Shown here: positions 1-9,841 of the stretch, one piece after another
Position numbering within the stretch: the stretch's first letter is position 1
How the letters are laid out: each line of letters begins with the position of its first letter
Source of the DNA: Bdellovibrionota bacterium
GTDB lineage: Bacteria > Bdellovibrionota > UBA2394
Reading direction: 5' to 3'
Length of the DNA stretch: 47,201 bases
NCBI GenBank assembly: GCA_049436045.1
Contig: JBMTHG010000002.1
Location: 1 to 47,201 of the forward strand
Position numbers and translations under genes: made by a program
The notes under the pieces: generated by a model
Seen by the model: only the letters and a program-made list of their open reading frames with translations
Databases searched by the model: none
Told to the model about the DNA's origin: nothing

Positions 1-238
1 CAGCCCGATCAGCAGGAGCATTTTCATCGCACGCGGGGTTGATGTAGACAACCTGGCGAATATCATTTTTTAACTGATTTTGAGTCATATCGACTTGTGA
101 TCTTAAGTTTTCAGATTGGTCACTGGATCGAAGTTCGAGGCCTGATCTCTTCATATAAATCGTCAGGCCCAAGGCTAAAGAAGAAACGAGAAAAGCTGTG
201 ATTAAAGTTTCTGTGAAACTAAATCCCCGATGATGCAA
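1..238 (-). CDS. Type IV prepilin-like protein (pilin or pseudopilin), N-terminal part only; the C-terminus lies beyond the window edge
   Basis: Not in the ORF track because it runs off the edge. The reverse complement of 1-238 reads TTG-HHRG/FSFTETLITAFLVSSLALGLTIYMKRSG... This has a short 5-aa leader, then G-F-x-x-x-E with Glu at +5, then a ~20-aa hydrophobic helix, which is the prepilin N-terminal cleavage/methylation signature. An in-frame TAA two codons upstream fixes the start, and AAGGAGGGGG (rc of 247-256) is a Shine-Dalgarno. Confidence 0.6.
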   Translation of the reverse strand, partial: MHHRGFSFTETLITAFLVSSLALGLTIYMKRSGLELRSSDQSENLRSQVDMTQNQLKNDIRQVVYINPACDENAPADRA

Positions 239-338
239 AGCTTAATCCCCCTCCTTATTATGTTATCATTTTCAGAAGCTTTGATGCAGTGGGCGGCATA
301 TCGCTCTAAATATTTAAAATCATTTATTTTTTTAAAAT

Positions 339-1082
339 TTGATTTCCGGGTTTACCTGCTTCGTGAAACTCGGCAAAGATTTGAGGGTGAAAATCGCAAT
401 TCGACAGATCGGTTCTGTCTGGATTTTTGTGGCTTGCCTTTTTTCTTTGCCAAACTTTGTTCAGGCGGGCTCTTTCGCCGTGAATATCGATCAAAGATTT
501 ATGAGCGACAAAAGATTCGGTGATTCGATTGGTTTTTCAGATTTCTTTCATCCAGAGTTTCAAATTGTAGGAGGATTTTACAAGTTCGCCTACGGATTTG
601 AGCCCGTATTGAGTCTGGCCTATCTTGCTGATTCTGCGAATACTTGTGCCGTATTAGAAGATGGTGTCACTTGTGATCCAGAGCCAGGTCTCAGTTTGGA
701 TCGAATTTCTTATCAAATTTTTTCGATCGGAAGTGGAATGAAATGGAGCGCATGGTCCAGAGAATATTTTTTCATCTCTCCTTATCTTCAGCCCCAGATC
801 AGTTACCGTTGGATCAGAACCGAAAGAAAAAGTGCGAATACTGATGAAAAAAATAAAATTTCAGGTGGAGATTTTGGATTTGATCTGTTGGCGGGGGCTT
901 ACATTTCATTTCTTCACGATCAAATTGAGATAAAAGAGATGAAAGAGGCTTGGTCGATAGACGACTTTGGAATGTCTGTTCACGTGAGAGGGATTTTAGG
1001 GGGCTTGTTTCGACATGGTCTCGAAAATATAAAAACAACTGGGGGATGGAGTTTCGGTCTTGGGCTTGTTGCGAAGTGGTGA
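339..1082 (+). CDS. Hypothetical small outer-membrane beta-barrel protein
   Basis: ORF track, 247 aa. The real start is probably internal (TTG 381 or GTG 387), giving the signal peptide KIAIRQIGSVWIFVACLFSLPNFVQA/GS. The protein has amphipathic strand-like segments and an aromatic C-terminus (GLGLVAKW) typical of OM barrels. I do not recognise the family. Confidence 0.5.
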   Translation: MISGFTCFVKLGKDLRVKIAIRQIGSVWIFVACLFSLPNFVQAGSFAVNIDQRFMSDKRFGDSIGFSDFFHPEFQIVGGFYKFAYGFEPVLSLAYLADSANTCAVLEDGVTCDPEPGLSLDRISYQIFSIGSGMKWSAWSREYFFISPYLQPQISYRWIRTERKSANTDEKNKISGGDFGFDLLAGAYISFLHDQIEIKEMKEAWSIDDFGMSVHVRGILGGLFRHGLENIKTTGGWSFGLGLVAKW

Positions 1083-1947
1083 TCATCTCGGTCTACGCGT
1101 GACTTATTGTGGTTCTGATTTTTTTGGATCGCAGCATCAACCAAATCGACCGAGCGTGCAGTCCACTCTCGAAGACGCATTTTTTCAAATCACGAAGCAA
1201 AAAGTTCGCTTAAGCAGTCTCAGCCGAACCGACAGTGGAGTTCATGCTTTCGATGCCGTTTTCTTTTGGCGACAGGCCTTTGATCGATGGCCGAAGCTGA
1301 AAGCTGTAGATTTTTATCGTCTTTGGGGATCCCTAAACGCTGTTCTTCCGAATGGAATTCAGATTCGCCAGCTCGGAACAATCGCGAAAGACTTTTCTCC
1401 AAAACAAGATGTGCTTTGGAAGGAGTATCGCTATCAGATTTGGCATTCAAGACGATCAAACCCTCTACTTGAAAAGCGGGTTTGGTGGGTTTATGAAGCC
1501 TTGGATTTGCTGAATTTAGAGCGAGAGCTAAAGTACCTTGAGGGAACTCATGATTTTTCTTCTTTCTCAAAATCTTCCGCACAAGCTTTAAAAGAGAGCG
1601 GAAAATCAACGATTCGCACGATCCTTTTGACGAAGTTAAAGCTTCACCAAGATCCGGCTTTCCCAGAGGCCAGACGTCTCGAGTTGATCTTTCGGGCCGA
1701 TGGCTTTCTTCGGCATATGGTTCGAAATTTGGTAGGAACATTGATCGAGCAGGCTCGAAAAAATGAGGGAAACATTCTCAAGGTTTTAAAGGCCAAAAAT
1801 AGAAAAATGGCCGGGTATAGGGCCCCTGCAGAGGGCTTAGTTCTCTACAAAACCCAGCTAAAAAGAGGCGTTTTTAGAGGTCTTTATCCAAAACAGCTTC
1901 GCTATTCTCTAAAATCCATCGAGCCTCAGGTTTTGGATCGGCTTTAG
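1060..1947 (+). CDS. truA: tRNA pseudouridine(38-40) synthase TruA
   Basis: LRVTYCGSDFFGSQHQ N-terminus, the catalytic-Asp motif SRTDSGVHA, and FLRHMVRNLVGTL near the C-terminus. The exact start is uncertain (several TTG codons at 1060-1069) and overlaps the stop of the preceding ORF. Confidence 0.85.
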   Translation: MGLLRSGDHLGLRVTYCGSDFFGSQHQPNRPSVQSTLEDAFFQITKQKVRLSSLSRTDSGVHAFDAVFFWRQAFDRWPKLKAVDFYRLWGSLNAVLPNGIQIRQLGTIAKDFSPKQDVLWKEYRYQIWHSRRSNPLLEKRVWWVYEALDLLNLERELKYLEGTHDFSSFSKSSAQALKESGKSTIRTILLTKLKLHQDPAFPEARRLELIFRADGFLRHMVRNLVGTLIEQARKNEGNILKVLKAKNRKMAGYRAPAEGLVLYKTQLKRGVFRGLYPKQLRYSLKSIEPQVLDRL

Positions 1948-2122
1948 GCTGATTTCACCGCATTTTCCCACTTGACCGAAGCAGGGGCAAAATCTACTTG
2001 TATGGGTCATGAAATCGAAATCTTCGACGAAAAATCGTTTTTTGGGCTGGCAGAACACCCCGATTCAGCAAGCTAGTTTTGGCTCATCCACAAGAGGTGG
2101 AAGTTACAATCATCGTTTTAAA

Positions 2123-2590
2123 ATGAAGCACTCGACCGGAGATGTTCAAGAAGTTTCAATGAGTTGGTATTTATTAGATGCTTCAAAACTTCCGGTTGGT
2201 CGATTGGCGAGTTTGGCGGCAACTTTGCTGATGGGAAAACATAAGCCAACTTTCACGATTGGTGCAGGCTCTGGAGACGGTGTCATCATTGTGAATGCTG
2301 AGAAAGCTTTTTTCACATCAAACAAAGCCGACAAAAAACTCTATTATCGTCACACAGGATTTATGGGCGGTCTAAAAATGCAAACAGCAGGAGAGGCTTT
2401 ATCAAAAGATCCCTCCAAAGTTTTGCATGATGCTGTTCAAGGGATGATGCCCAAGAATCGATTGAGTCGTTATCAATTGACTCGTTTGAAAGTTTATGTG
2501 GGAGCAGATCATCCAATGAAGGCGCAAAAGCCTCAAGAGATCAATCTGGATCAAAAATCCATTTTAAAAAATGTTGGGAAGGTAGCTTAA
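2123..2590 (+). CDS. rplM: 50S ribosomal protein L13
   Basis: WYLLDASKLPVGRLASLAATLLMGKHKPTFT...YYRHTGFMGGLK...MLPKN-like MMPKNRL...LKVY is the L13 signature. ATG 2123 (MKHSTGD...) is preferred over the ORF-track start at 2009, whose extra 38 aa have no L13 counterpart. ATG 2159 is also possible. Confidence 0.9.
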   Translation: MKHSTGDVQEVSMSWYLLDASKLPVGRLASLAATLLMGKHKPTFTIGAGSGDGVIIVNAEKAFFTSNKADKKLYYRHTGFMGGLKMQTAGEALSKDPSKVLHDAVQGMMPKNRLSRYQLTRLKVYVGADHPMKAQKPQEINLDQKSILKNVGKVA

Positions 2591-2591
2591 G

Positions 2592-2987
2592 ATGGCCAGT
2601 CAATCCAAAGTTTATCATGCGGTCGGAAAGCGCAAGACTTCGATAGCTCGTGTATATATGCAAGCAGGGCAAGGCGAGATTACGATCAATGGAAAAGCAG
2701 CAAAAAATTATTTTCCAAAGCTTTATACCGAATCCCTTCAATTGCCCCTCAATATTGCGGGTTCAAAAACGACTTTTGATATTCGGATCAATGTGATGGG
2801 AGGAGGCAGCTCCTCTCAAGCGGATGCCTGTAAGTTTGGAATTTCGAAGGCTCTTTGTCTTCATGACGCCTCGAATCGACCAGCTTTAAAGAAGGCTATG
2901 CTTTTGACGCGAGACTCTCGAGTTGTGGAGCGAAAAAAATACGGCCACAAAAAAGCTCGAAAGAGTTTTCAGTTTTCAAAGCGTTAA
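2592..2987 (+). CDS. rpsI: 30S ribosomal protein S9
   Basis: GKRKTSIARV... GGGSSSQADA ...TRDSRVVERKKYGHKKARKSFQFSKR is the classic S9 sequence, including the C-terminal FSKR. It starts 1 nt after the rplM stop. Confidence 0.95.
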   Translation: MASQSKVYHAVGKRKTSIARVYMQAGQGEITINGKAAKNYFPKLYTESLQLPLNIAGSKTTFDIRINVMGGGSSSQADACKFGISKALCLHDASNRPALKKAMLLTRDSRVVERKKYGHKKARKSFQFSKR

Positions 2988-3140
2988 AATCCTTCATTCT
3001 TTTCTGGAATTCTTCTCTCCGGCAAGATTTGCGGCTGTGTTTTGGGCTTTTGACTCATAGCTTCAAAAAAATTTTTGCATGTCAAATCTTTGTCAGGGCT
3101 CTGCAGCTTAGTCTTCATGGTATACTAATTGCATCCTCTT

Positions 3141-4718
3141 ATGGCAGTTGATTTAAAACTCTCAATGAAACTCGGGCAGCAGATGGTGATGACACCTCAG
3201 CTGCAGGCGGCGATCAAGCTTTTGCAGATGAATCGGATGGAACTCGCTGAGACGATTCAAGGCGAGCTTCTTGAAAATCCTCTATTAGAAGAGGCCCAAG
3301 AACTTTCTGAGTTAGATCAAAAAAAGGCAGAAGTAGAGAGGCAGGGAGCTGCTGAAGACACTCGAGAGATTGAGCCCGAAAAAAACAAGGACCCAGATTT
3401 CGATTGGGAGGCCTATCTCGAACAAAGTTTTTCTTACACGGGAAAAAGTGCTGGGGGTTTAGGTTTTGATCCAAATCAAGAGGATGGTCCAGGCTTTGAA
3501 TCCATGACGGCCAAGACCGATACTTTGGTGGATCACATGCTCAGGCAGTTGGCCTTAAGTGATTTAGACGAAAAAGAAACGCAAATCGCTGAAGTTTTGA
3601 TTGGTTCACTCGATGAGCAGGGCTATTTGCGGGAGCCTGTCGAAGAGATTTCGAAAAGAAGTGAGTTTGATCCAGCGCAAACAGAGTTTGTTTTGAGGTT
3701 GATCCAGGAGTTTGATCCGCCGGGAGTAGCCGCTCGCGACTTAAGAGAATGTTTGTTGCTTCAGTTAAAGCATGTGAAGTTTCGTTTCAAATCTCATCAG
3801 GAGTTATTGAAGCAGTTGATTGAGGATCATCTACCTAATTTAGAGAAAAAGAATTTTAAGATTGTCGCGAAAGAGATGGATTTGGAGATGGACGAATTGG
3901 CAGAGCTCTTAGAGATGCTTCAAATGCTCGAGCCTCGCCCGGGTCGACCTTTCGATCAGACTGAAAATCCCTATATCACTCCTGATATTTATGTTCACAA
4001 GATGAATGATGAGTTTGTGATTACGATGAATGAAGACGGGCTGCCGAAATTAAGGATCAGTCAGCTTTATCGCACGATTCTCAAAACCATGCCTGAAGCA
4101 AAAAAGCTGGTTTCAAAAGCTTCTGATCTTGGATCAAAAAGTATTGAAGAAGAGCTCACTTTGTTGGCGGAAAAAGCTTCGGCCGAGGTCTCTTCAGATA
4201 AAGAAGATCCTAAAACTTATATTCAATCAAAGCTCAGAGGGGCTCTGTGGTTGATTCGCTCCATTCATCAACGTCAGCGCACGATTTATAAGGTGACTGA
4301 GAGTATCGTGAAAAGTCAGCGAGAGTTTTTGGAGCAGGGCGTGGGCCATCTCAAGCCCATGGTTCTTAAAGATATTGCGGCCGATGTTGGGATGCATGAA
4401 TCGACAATTTCTAGGGTTACCTCAAATAAGTTTGTTCATACGCCTCAGGGCATTTTTGAGTTGAAATACTTTTTCTCGAGTACGATTCAGAAAACGAATG
4501 GTGATGGAATTGCTTCAGAGAGCGTCAAAGAAAAAATTAAGATTCTTGTGCGCGCCGAGGATGAGTCTAATCCCATTAGTGATCAAGGAATCGTTGATGC
4601 TCTCCGTAAGCAAGGCATCGAAATCGCGCGACGCACAGTGGCTAAATATCGAGAGATGTTGGGCATCTTGCCATCATCTCAGAGAAAGTCGTTGGTCAAA
4701 GCGAAGCGAATGAGATAA
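3141..4718 (+). CDS. rpoN: RNA polymerase sigma-54 factor RpoN
   Basis: Region I is MKLGQQMVMTPQLQAAIKLLQMNRMELAETIQGELLENPLLEE, followed by an acidic region II. The C-terminus carries the HTH (ESTISRVTSNKFVHTPQGIFELKYFF) and the RpoN box (ARRTVAKYREMLGI). ATG 3141 is preferred over the ORF-track TTG 3129. Confidence 0.95.
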   Translation: MAVDLKLSMKLGQQMVMTPQLQAAIKLLQMNRMELAETIQGELLENPLLEEAQELSELDQKKAEVERQGAAEDTREIEPEKNKDPDFDWEAYLEQSFSYTGKSAGGLGFDPNQEDGPGFESMTAKTDTLVDHMLRQLALSDLDEKETQIAEVLIGSLDEQGYLREPVEEISKRSEFDPAQTEFVLRLIQEFDPPGVAARDLRECLLLQLKHVKFRFKSHQELLKQLIEDHLPNLEKKNFKIVAKEMDLEMDELAELLEMLQMLEPRPGRPFDQTENPYITPDIYVHKMNDEFVITMNEDGLPKLRISQLYRTILKTMPEAKKLVSKASDLGSKSIEEELTLLAEKASAEVSSDKEDPKTYIQSKLRGALWLIRSIHQRQRTIYKVTESIVKSQREFLEQGVGHLKPMVLKDIAADVGMHESTISRVTSNKFVHTPQGIFELKYFFSSTIQKTNGDGIASESVKEKIKILVRAEDESNPISDQGIVDALRKQGIEIARRTVAKYREMLGILPSSQRKSLVKAKRMR

Positions 4719-4728
4719 ATCTAAAGCT

Positions 4729-5787
4729 ATGAGCCGGTTTCGAAAACATCGATCAGCTTTTAGTCAGCGCTTAAGGCGATTATCTTGGATTAAAAAGTGG
4801 TTCGACAAAAATCCTGAGCCGCTAACTCTTCTATTAATGACGAAGGGTAATCTCGAGGTTGAAAAGCTTCACTTAAGCGGAAGAGGTGTTCGCAATTTAA
4901 AGTTAATCGCTGTGGGCACTTTGACCTTATTCGTCGTGAGCAGCGGAATTTTTGTTTACTTTGTTTTAAGCCTTCCTCAAAGGTCCATGGTCGAAAAAGA
5001 GAATGTGGCATTGAAACAAGAGTTGAATCGACTTCAACACAATTTAGACGGTCTTCAAGCCTCTCTCGATCGGATTCAAAGATTTAATCAAAAGCTCAGA
5101 GCTCTTACTGAGGTGGATCGTGAATTCGCAAAACGTCAGGGACCTTTAGGCCAGGGTGGTGGAGATCGCAATGAAGACGCTGAGGCTTCAGATTTTGGTG
5201 ATTTTTCATTCGAAGAAGTGAGTTATTCTGGGGCGGATTCAGCTCCGGTAGTGATTGATCGACGCGATCAATTTTTGATTCAGAAATTAAATTCTTGGAC
5301 GAGACGTTTGTTTCAAACGGCTGAGTTAGAGAGCCAAAGCGTGGAGGAACTTTTTGAAGTTCTCAAAGGAAGAAAATTGCAACTGGCGTCGACCCCATCG
5401 ATTTTGCCGGTTCGTGGCTGGGTGACCTCTCATTTTGGCTATCGAATTGATCCGTTCTCTGGCCGAAGAGCTTTTCATAAGGGCATGGACATTTCTGCAA
5501 GAAAGGGAGCTCCGATTGTGAGTCCGGCAGAGGGAGTGGTGAGCTTTGCCGGGCCTTATGGATCTTTTGGAAATACCGTCATGGTATTTCACGGCTATGG
5601 AATTTCAACTCTCTATGCACATGCCGAAGATGTTCTTGTAAGGGCTGGCCAGAGAATCAATCGCGGAGATATTTTAGGAACAGTGGGAAATACCGGACGC
5701 TCTACGGCCACACATTTACACTATGAGGTCATCGTTCATGGTGTTCGTGTGGATCCCAGAAAGTATGTTCTTGATCGTCAACTATAA
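4729..5787 (+). CDS. M23 family metallopeptidase (LytM/EnvC-like murein endopeptidase), membrane anchored with a coiled coil
   Basis: An N-terminal TM segment (LIAVGTLTLFVVSSGIFVYFVL) is followed by a coiled-coil stretch. The C-terminal LytM domain has HKGMDI (HxxxD) and TATHLHYEV (HxH) zinc ligands. Confidence 0.85.
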   Translation: MSRFRKHRSAFSQRLRRLSWIKKWFDKNPEPLTLLLMTKGNLEVEKLHLSGRGVRNLKLIAVGTLTLFVVSSGIFVYFVLSLPQRSMVEKENVALKQELNRLQHNLDGLQASLDRIQRFNQKLRALTEVDREFAKRQGPLGQGGGDRNEDAEASDFGDFSFEEVSYSGADSAPVVIDRRDQFLIQKLNSWTRRLFQTAELESQSVEELFEVLKGRKLQLASTPSILPVRGWVTSHFGYRIDPFSGRRAFHKGMDISARKGAPIVSPAEGVVSFAGPYGSFGNTVMVFHGYGISTLYAHAEDVLVRAGQRINRGDILGTVGNTGRSTATHLHYEVIVHGVRVDPRKYVLDRQL

Positions 5788-5856
5788 GGCATCCAGATAA
5801 AAATTGCATAAATGTGTGACTGTTAGAGGCTCTTTCGGTTAAGCTGAATTCGAAAA

Positions 5857-8529
5857 ATGGCAAATTCCTTTCTTAAAAAGTTACTGGGGTTCACAAGCGA
5901 GCGAGAGGTAAAAAAACTAATACCTCGGGTCAATCAGATCAACAATCTAGCCGCTGAGATAGAAGCTCTTTCAGACGAAGCCTTAAAAAACAAAACCATA
6001 GAATTTAAAGAGCGACTGGCGGGCAAGGAAAGTCTCGACGATATTTTGCCCGAAGCCTTTGCCTGTGTTCGTGAAGCTGCGTGGCGATCGCTGAAAATGC
6101 GGCATTACGATGTGCAATTAATTGGGGGAATGGTTTTACATAGCGGCCGAATCGCCGAGATGAAAACGGGCGAGGGAAAAACTTTGATGGCAACTCTGCC
6201 TCTCTATCTCAACGCTCTCGAAGGAAAAGGCGCTCACCTCGTCACGGTGAACGACTATTTGGCGCGGCGTGATGCGGATTGGATGCGACCGGTTTTTGAA
6301 AGTTTGGGGTTAACGGTAGGGGTGATCGTTCACGGCCTTTCGGATGCTCAACGTCAAGAGGCCTATGCGTGTGACATCACTTATGGCACAAACAATGAGT
6401 TTGGCTTTGATTATCTGCGAGACAATATGAAAGTCACGACGAATAGTTTGGTTCAGAGAGATCTACACTATGCCATCGTGGATGAGGTCGATAGTATCTT
6501 GATCGACGAAGCTCGAACGCCTCTCATCATTTCTGGCCCCGTCAATGAAACGACAGATAAATATAAGCTCATCAATCAGGTAATTCGATTTTTAAAGCGA
6601 GACGTTCACTTCATCATCGACGAAAAAGTTCGATCTGTGCATCTGACGGATGAGGGTGTTGAGGAATTACAGCGGCGCCTGCGCATCGAAAATTTGTATG
6701 ATCCCGAGCACATCGAATTAGTGCATCATGTGGATCAAGCGCTAAAGGCGCATTTCATTTTTAGGAAAGACATTGATTATGTTGTAAAAGATGGAGAGGT
6801 CGTGATTGTCGATGAGTTTACTGGACGGATCATGCCAGGCCGACGATATAGTGACGGTCTTCATCAGGCGATTGAAGCAAAAGAAGATGTTGAGGTAGCC
6901 CAAGAAAATCAAACTCTAGCATCGATCACTTTTCAGAATTACTTTCGAATGTTCAAAAAGTTGGGCGGCATGACAGGAACAGCAGAGACCGAGGAAGAAG
7001 AATTTTCTTCGATCTATAATTTGGCGGTCGTCGCAATTCCAACTCATCGACCGATGATTCGAAATGATTATGCCGATGTTGTTTTTAAAACTGAAGCGGC
7101 AAAGTTTCGTGCCATCGTAAAAGATATCAAAGAGAGAAATTTAAAGGGCCAGCCGATTTTGGTGGGCACCACTTCAATCGCAAAATCTGAGCGCTTGAGT
7201 GAGTTGCTTGAACGGCAGGGCGTGAAGCATGTGGTTTTGAATGCCAAACAGCACGAGCGAGAAGCTCAGATTGTGGCTCAAGCTGGCCAGATGGGTTCTG
7301 TCACGATCGCGACAAATATGGCGGGTCGAGGAACGGATATTGTGCTCGGACCTGGAGTGAAAGAGGCGGGAGGTCTTTATATTTTAGGCTGTGAACGACA
7401 TGATTCACGTCGAATCGACAATCAGCTTAGAGGCCGTGCCGGTCGACAGGGCGATCCGGGAGAAAGTCGTTTTTATCTTTCGCTTGAAGATGATCTGATT
7501 CGAATTTTTGCCGGTGATCGAATGCTAAAGATCATGAACTTTTTGGGCATGGAGGAAGATGAGCCCATTGAAGCAAAGATGATTTCAAATGCGATTGAGG
7601 ATGCGCAAAAGCGAGTCGAGGCGCAGAATTTTGATCGACGAAAACACCTTCTGAAATATGACGACGTCATGAATTATCAACGAAAGATTGTTTATTCATG
7701 GCGAAGAAAAATTCTTTTCAAAGAAGAGATTGAGTCTGAAGTTCTTGAAGTGGCTCATGAGTGTTTAGAGACGATTATCAATGAGTGCATTCCCGCTCGA
7801 GCCAAAATGGATCAATGGGATTGGAGCTCTTTAACGCAAGAGACCGAAAGACTTTGTTCAAAAGACTTAAACCTCCCGACGATAAAGGCTCAAATCGAAA
7901 GCGGAAAATTAAGTATTAACAGCGATCAGGATCTTTTCGAGGCCATGTTTGACGAGTGGCTACTTCTCTACAAAAAGCGAGAAGAAGAGCTTTCGCCGGT
8001 TATTTTGCGACGCTTAGAGCGAATGCTTCTCTTGCATACGCTTGATGATCGATGGAAAGAGCATTTGCTTGATATGGATCATTTGCGAGAGGGAATTAAC
8101 CTGAGGGGCTACGCTCAGAAAGATCCTATTTTAGATTATCAAAATGAGAGCTTTCGACTTTTTCAGAATATGTTTTTGAGAGTCAAAATGGAGTTTCTAG
8201 AGAAGCTTCATCGAGTTCAAATTCAAGTTGAAGCGAGTCCCAATGAGTCAGAGTCTGAAGTCTCTGAGGAGCGAAGAAGTCGTTTGGAGTCAGAGCTGGA
8301 TCGCCAACAAGAAGAGCGCGCCGAGAGGGCTCGAAGGCTGGGAGAAATTGGGGCGCGATCAGCGGAATCCTCAAAAGTGGCCGCACCGATGAAGCGATCT
8401 GAGGAAAAAGTAGGTCGAAATGACCCTTGCCCTTGCGGTAGCGGTAAAAAGTTCAAAAAGTGTCACGGAGCAAACTCCCAAGGCTTTGAGCCGAGCGCTA
8501 ACGTAAAAAGTGCTGCCAAAAATAAATAA
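5857..8529 (+). CDS. secA: Preprotein translocase ATPase SecA
   Basis: The DEAD-like motor motifs are [28 protein letters not shown] and [10 protein letters not shown]. The C-terminal zinc-binding motif is [18 protein letters not shown]. About 20 aa follow the zinc finger. Confidence 0.97.
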   Translation: MANSFLKKLLGFTSEREVKKLIPRVNQINNLAAEIEALSDEALKNKTIEFKERLAGKESLDDILPEAFACVREAAWRSLKMRHYDVQLIGGMVLHSGRIAEMKTGEGKTLMATLPLYLNALEGKGAHLVTVNDYLARRDADWMRPVFESLGLTVGVIVHGLSDAQRQEAYACDITYGTNNEFGFDYLRDNMKVTTNSLVQRDLHYAIVDEVDSILIDEARTPLIISGPVNETTDKYKLINQVIRFLKRDVHFIIDEKVRSVHLTDEGVEELQRRLRIENLYDPEHIELVHHVDQALKAHFIFRKDIDYVVKDGEVVIVDEFTGRIMPGRRYSDGLHQAIEAKEDVEVAQENQTLASITFQNYFRMFKKLGGMTGTAETEEEEFSSIYNLAVVAIPTHRPMIRNDYADVVFKTEAAKFRAIVKDIKERNLKGQPILVGTTSIAKSERLSELLERQGVKHVVLNAKQHEREAQIVAQAGQMGSVTIATNMAGRGTDIVLGPGVKEAGGLYILGCERHDSRRIDNQLRGRAGRQGDPGESRFYLSLEDDLIRIFAGDRMLKIMNFLGMEEDEPIEAKMISNAIEDAQKRVEAQNFDRRKHLLKYDDVMNYQRKIVYSWRRKILFKEEIESEVLEVAHECLETIINECIPARAKMDQWDWSSLTQETERLCSKDLNLPTIKAQIESGKLSINSDQDLFEAMFDEWLLLYKKREEELSPVILRRLERMLLLHTLDDRWKEHLLDMDHLREGINLRGYAQKDPILDYQNESFRLFQNMFLRVKMEFLEKLHRVQIQVEASPNESESEVSEERRSRLESELDRQQEERAERARRLGEIGARSAESSKVAAPMKRSEEKVGRNDPCPCGSGKKFKKCHGANSQGFEPSANVKSAAKNK

Positions 8530-8722
8530 TTCCAGAGTTTATCGTTAAAACGCCAAGAGAGATCATTCCTGAGCTCGTAAGAATTCTCACCCAAGAACGG
8601 CTTAGGGGGGTCAGAACGACCAAAACGCAGCACAGCATGGCATAAACAAAAAGCCCGATGGAAGCGATACTTAGCCACTGCATCAACGACATGCCCTGAC
8701 TATACTTTAAAGCGAAACGCAT
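8498..8722 (-). CDS. Possible small two-TM membrane protein (hypothetical)
   Basis: ORF track, 74 aa, with two hydrophobic helices ([22 protein letters not shown] and [17 protein letters not shown]). It fills an otherwise 250-nt secA-gap spacer but overlaps the secA 3' end by 32 nt and has no convincing SD. Weak call. Confidence 0.25.
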   Translation of the reverse strand: MRFALKYSQGMSLMQWLSIASIGLFVYAMLCCVLVVLTPLSRSWVRILTSSGMISLGVLTINSGIIYFWQHFLR

Positions 8723-8744
8723 GAGAAGAAAGTCTTGTCGGGCG

Positions 8745-8773
8745 TTGACAGTCGAATGAGGCTTTTTTAGCCT
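8745..8773 (+). promoter_or_regulatory. Candidate sigma-70 promoter of the gap-pgk-tpiA-secG-murB operon
   Basis: TTGACA (8745-8750), then a 17-nt spacer, then TAGCCT (8768-8773). The gap ATG at 8780 lies 7 nt after the -10 element, and there is no SD in between. Confidence 0.35.
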
Positions 8774-8779
8774 TCGGGC

Positions 8780-9823
8780 ATGATTGAAACTCGATATTCC
8801 CCCTCTTCTAAGATTCGCTTAGGAATCAATGGTTTTGGCCGAATTGGCCGTTGTGTTTTGCGAGCACTGACTCAGACAAAAGCTTATAAAGAGGGTTTGG
8901 TAGAGGTGGCAAAGATCAACGATCTCACCGACGCCAAAACTCTCGGACATCTTCTGAAATATGATTCTAATCATGGTGTTTTTGCGAGCGAGGTGAAAGT
9001 TCAAGACTCGCGAATCATTTGCGATGGTAAGCCCATTGAAGTGATTGCCAGACCAAAAGCGGAAGATCTCGATTGGAAGAGTTCGGAGGTTGATATTGTT
9101 TTAGAATGTACGGGTCGCATGAAGAGCCGAGAGGAGGCCTCTGCTCATTTAAAATCAGGTGCGAAAAAAGTTATTATTTCAGCGCCGATGAAAGACGCCG
9201 ACAAAACCTTGGTGATTGGTATCAACGATCAAGATTTACAGGCCTCAGATTCTATTGTGAGTAATGCCTCTTGCACCACGAATTGCTTGGCGCCTGTGGC
9301 TAAAGTTTTGGATGAAAATTTCGGAATTCTTCGAGGCTCGATGACGACAGTGCATGCTTACACGAATGATCAAAAAATTCTCGATCTACCGCATTCCGAT
9401 TGGCGGCGAGCACGTGCGGCTGCTGTGTCGATGATTCCAACAACAACGGGAGCCGCCAAGGCGGTTGGTTTAGTGCTGCCTCACCTAAAAGGCAAAATTG
9501 ATGGGATTGCCATTCGAGTTCCAACCCCCAATGTTTCGTTGGTCGATTTCAACGTCGAGTTAAAAAAGAAATCTTCTATCGAAGAAATCAATGCGGTCAT
9601 GAAAAAAGCTTCTGAGTCAGATTTAAGAGGAGTTTTAGCTTATTCTGATGAGGAACTTGTTTCGATTGATTTTCGAGGTCGATCAGAGTCATCGGTGTTT
9701 GATGCTCCCTCAACGAATGTTTTAGATGGCAATTTTGTAAAAGTACTATCTTGGTACGACAATGAGTGGGGTTTTTCTTGTCGAATGATCGATTTGGCCT
9801 TTCTTTTGACATCAAAATTTTAA
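8780..9823 (+). CDS. gap: Glyceraldehyde-3-phosphate dehydrogenase (type I)
   Basis: INGFGRIGR Rossmann motif, the active site SNASCTTNCLAP, and WYDNEWGF near the C-terminus. Confidence 0.95.
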   Translation: MIETRYSPSSKIRLGINGFGRIGRCVLRALTQTKAYKEGLVEVAKINDLTDAKTLGHLLKYDSNHGVFASEVKVQDSRIICDGKPIEVIARPKAEDLDWKSSEVDIVLECTGRMKSREEASAHLKSGAKKVIISAPMKDADKTLVIGINDQDLQASDSIVSNASCTTNCLAPVAKVLDENFGILRGSMTTVHAYTNDQKILDLPHSDWRRARAAAVSMIPTTTGAAKAVGLVLPHLKGKIDGIAIRVPTPNVSLVDFNVELKKKSSIEEINAVMKKASESDLRGVLAYSDEELVSIDFRGRSESSVFDAPSTNVLDGNFVKVLSWYDNEWGFSCRMIDLAFLLTSKF

Positions 9824-9841
9824 AAAGAAAGATGAGCCGAG

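Noticed and set aside
291-305. GG-N10-GC (GGGCGGCATATCGCT) upstream of the small OMP gene as a sigma-54 promoter.
   Set aside because: Only the invariant dinucleotides match and both flanking hexamers are poor. That is indistinguishable from chance.
230-523. 97-aa plus-strand ORF overlapping the start of the small OMP gene.
   Set aside because: It is in a different frame from the ORF that has a signal peptide and a barrel-like C-terminus, and it has no features of its own.
1220-1741. 173-aa ORF antisense to truA.
   Set aside because: It lies entirely within the well-supported truA frame on the opposite strand, and it has no recognisable motifs and an Arg/Ser/Leu-rich composition typical of antisense frames.
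2009-2122. 38-aa N-terminal extension of L13 in the ORF track.
   Set aside because: L13 homology begins around MSWYLLDA and the extension has no counterpart, so this is more likely the rplM leader. I found no convincing regulatory fold in it by eye.
8530-8779. Possible small RNA (SRP RNA, 6S, tmRNA) in the 250-nt secA-gap spacer.
   Set aside because: I could not find the SRP domain IV motif or any extended conserved helix. The region is equally well explained by the weak 74-aa ORF plus the gap promoter. It cannot be settled without covariance-model searches.
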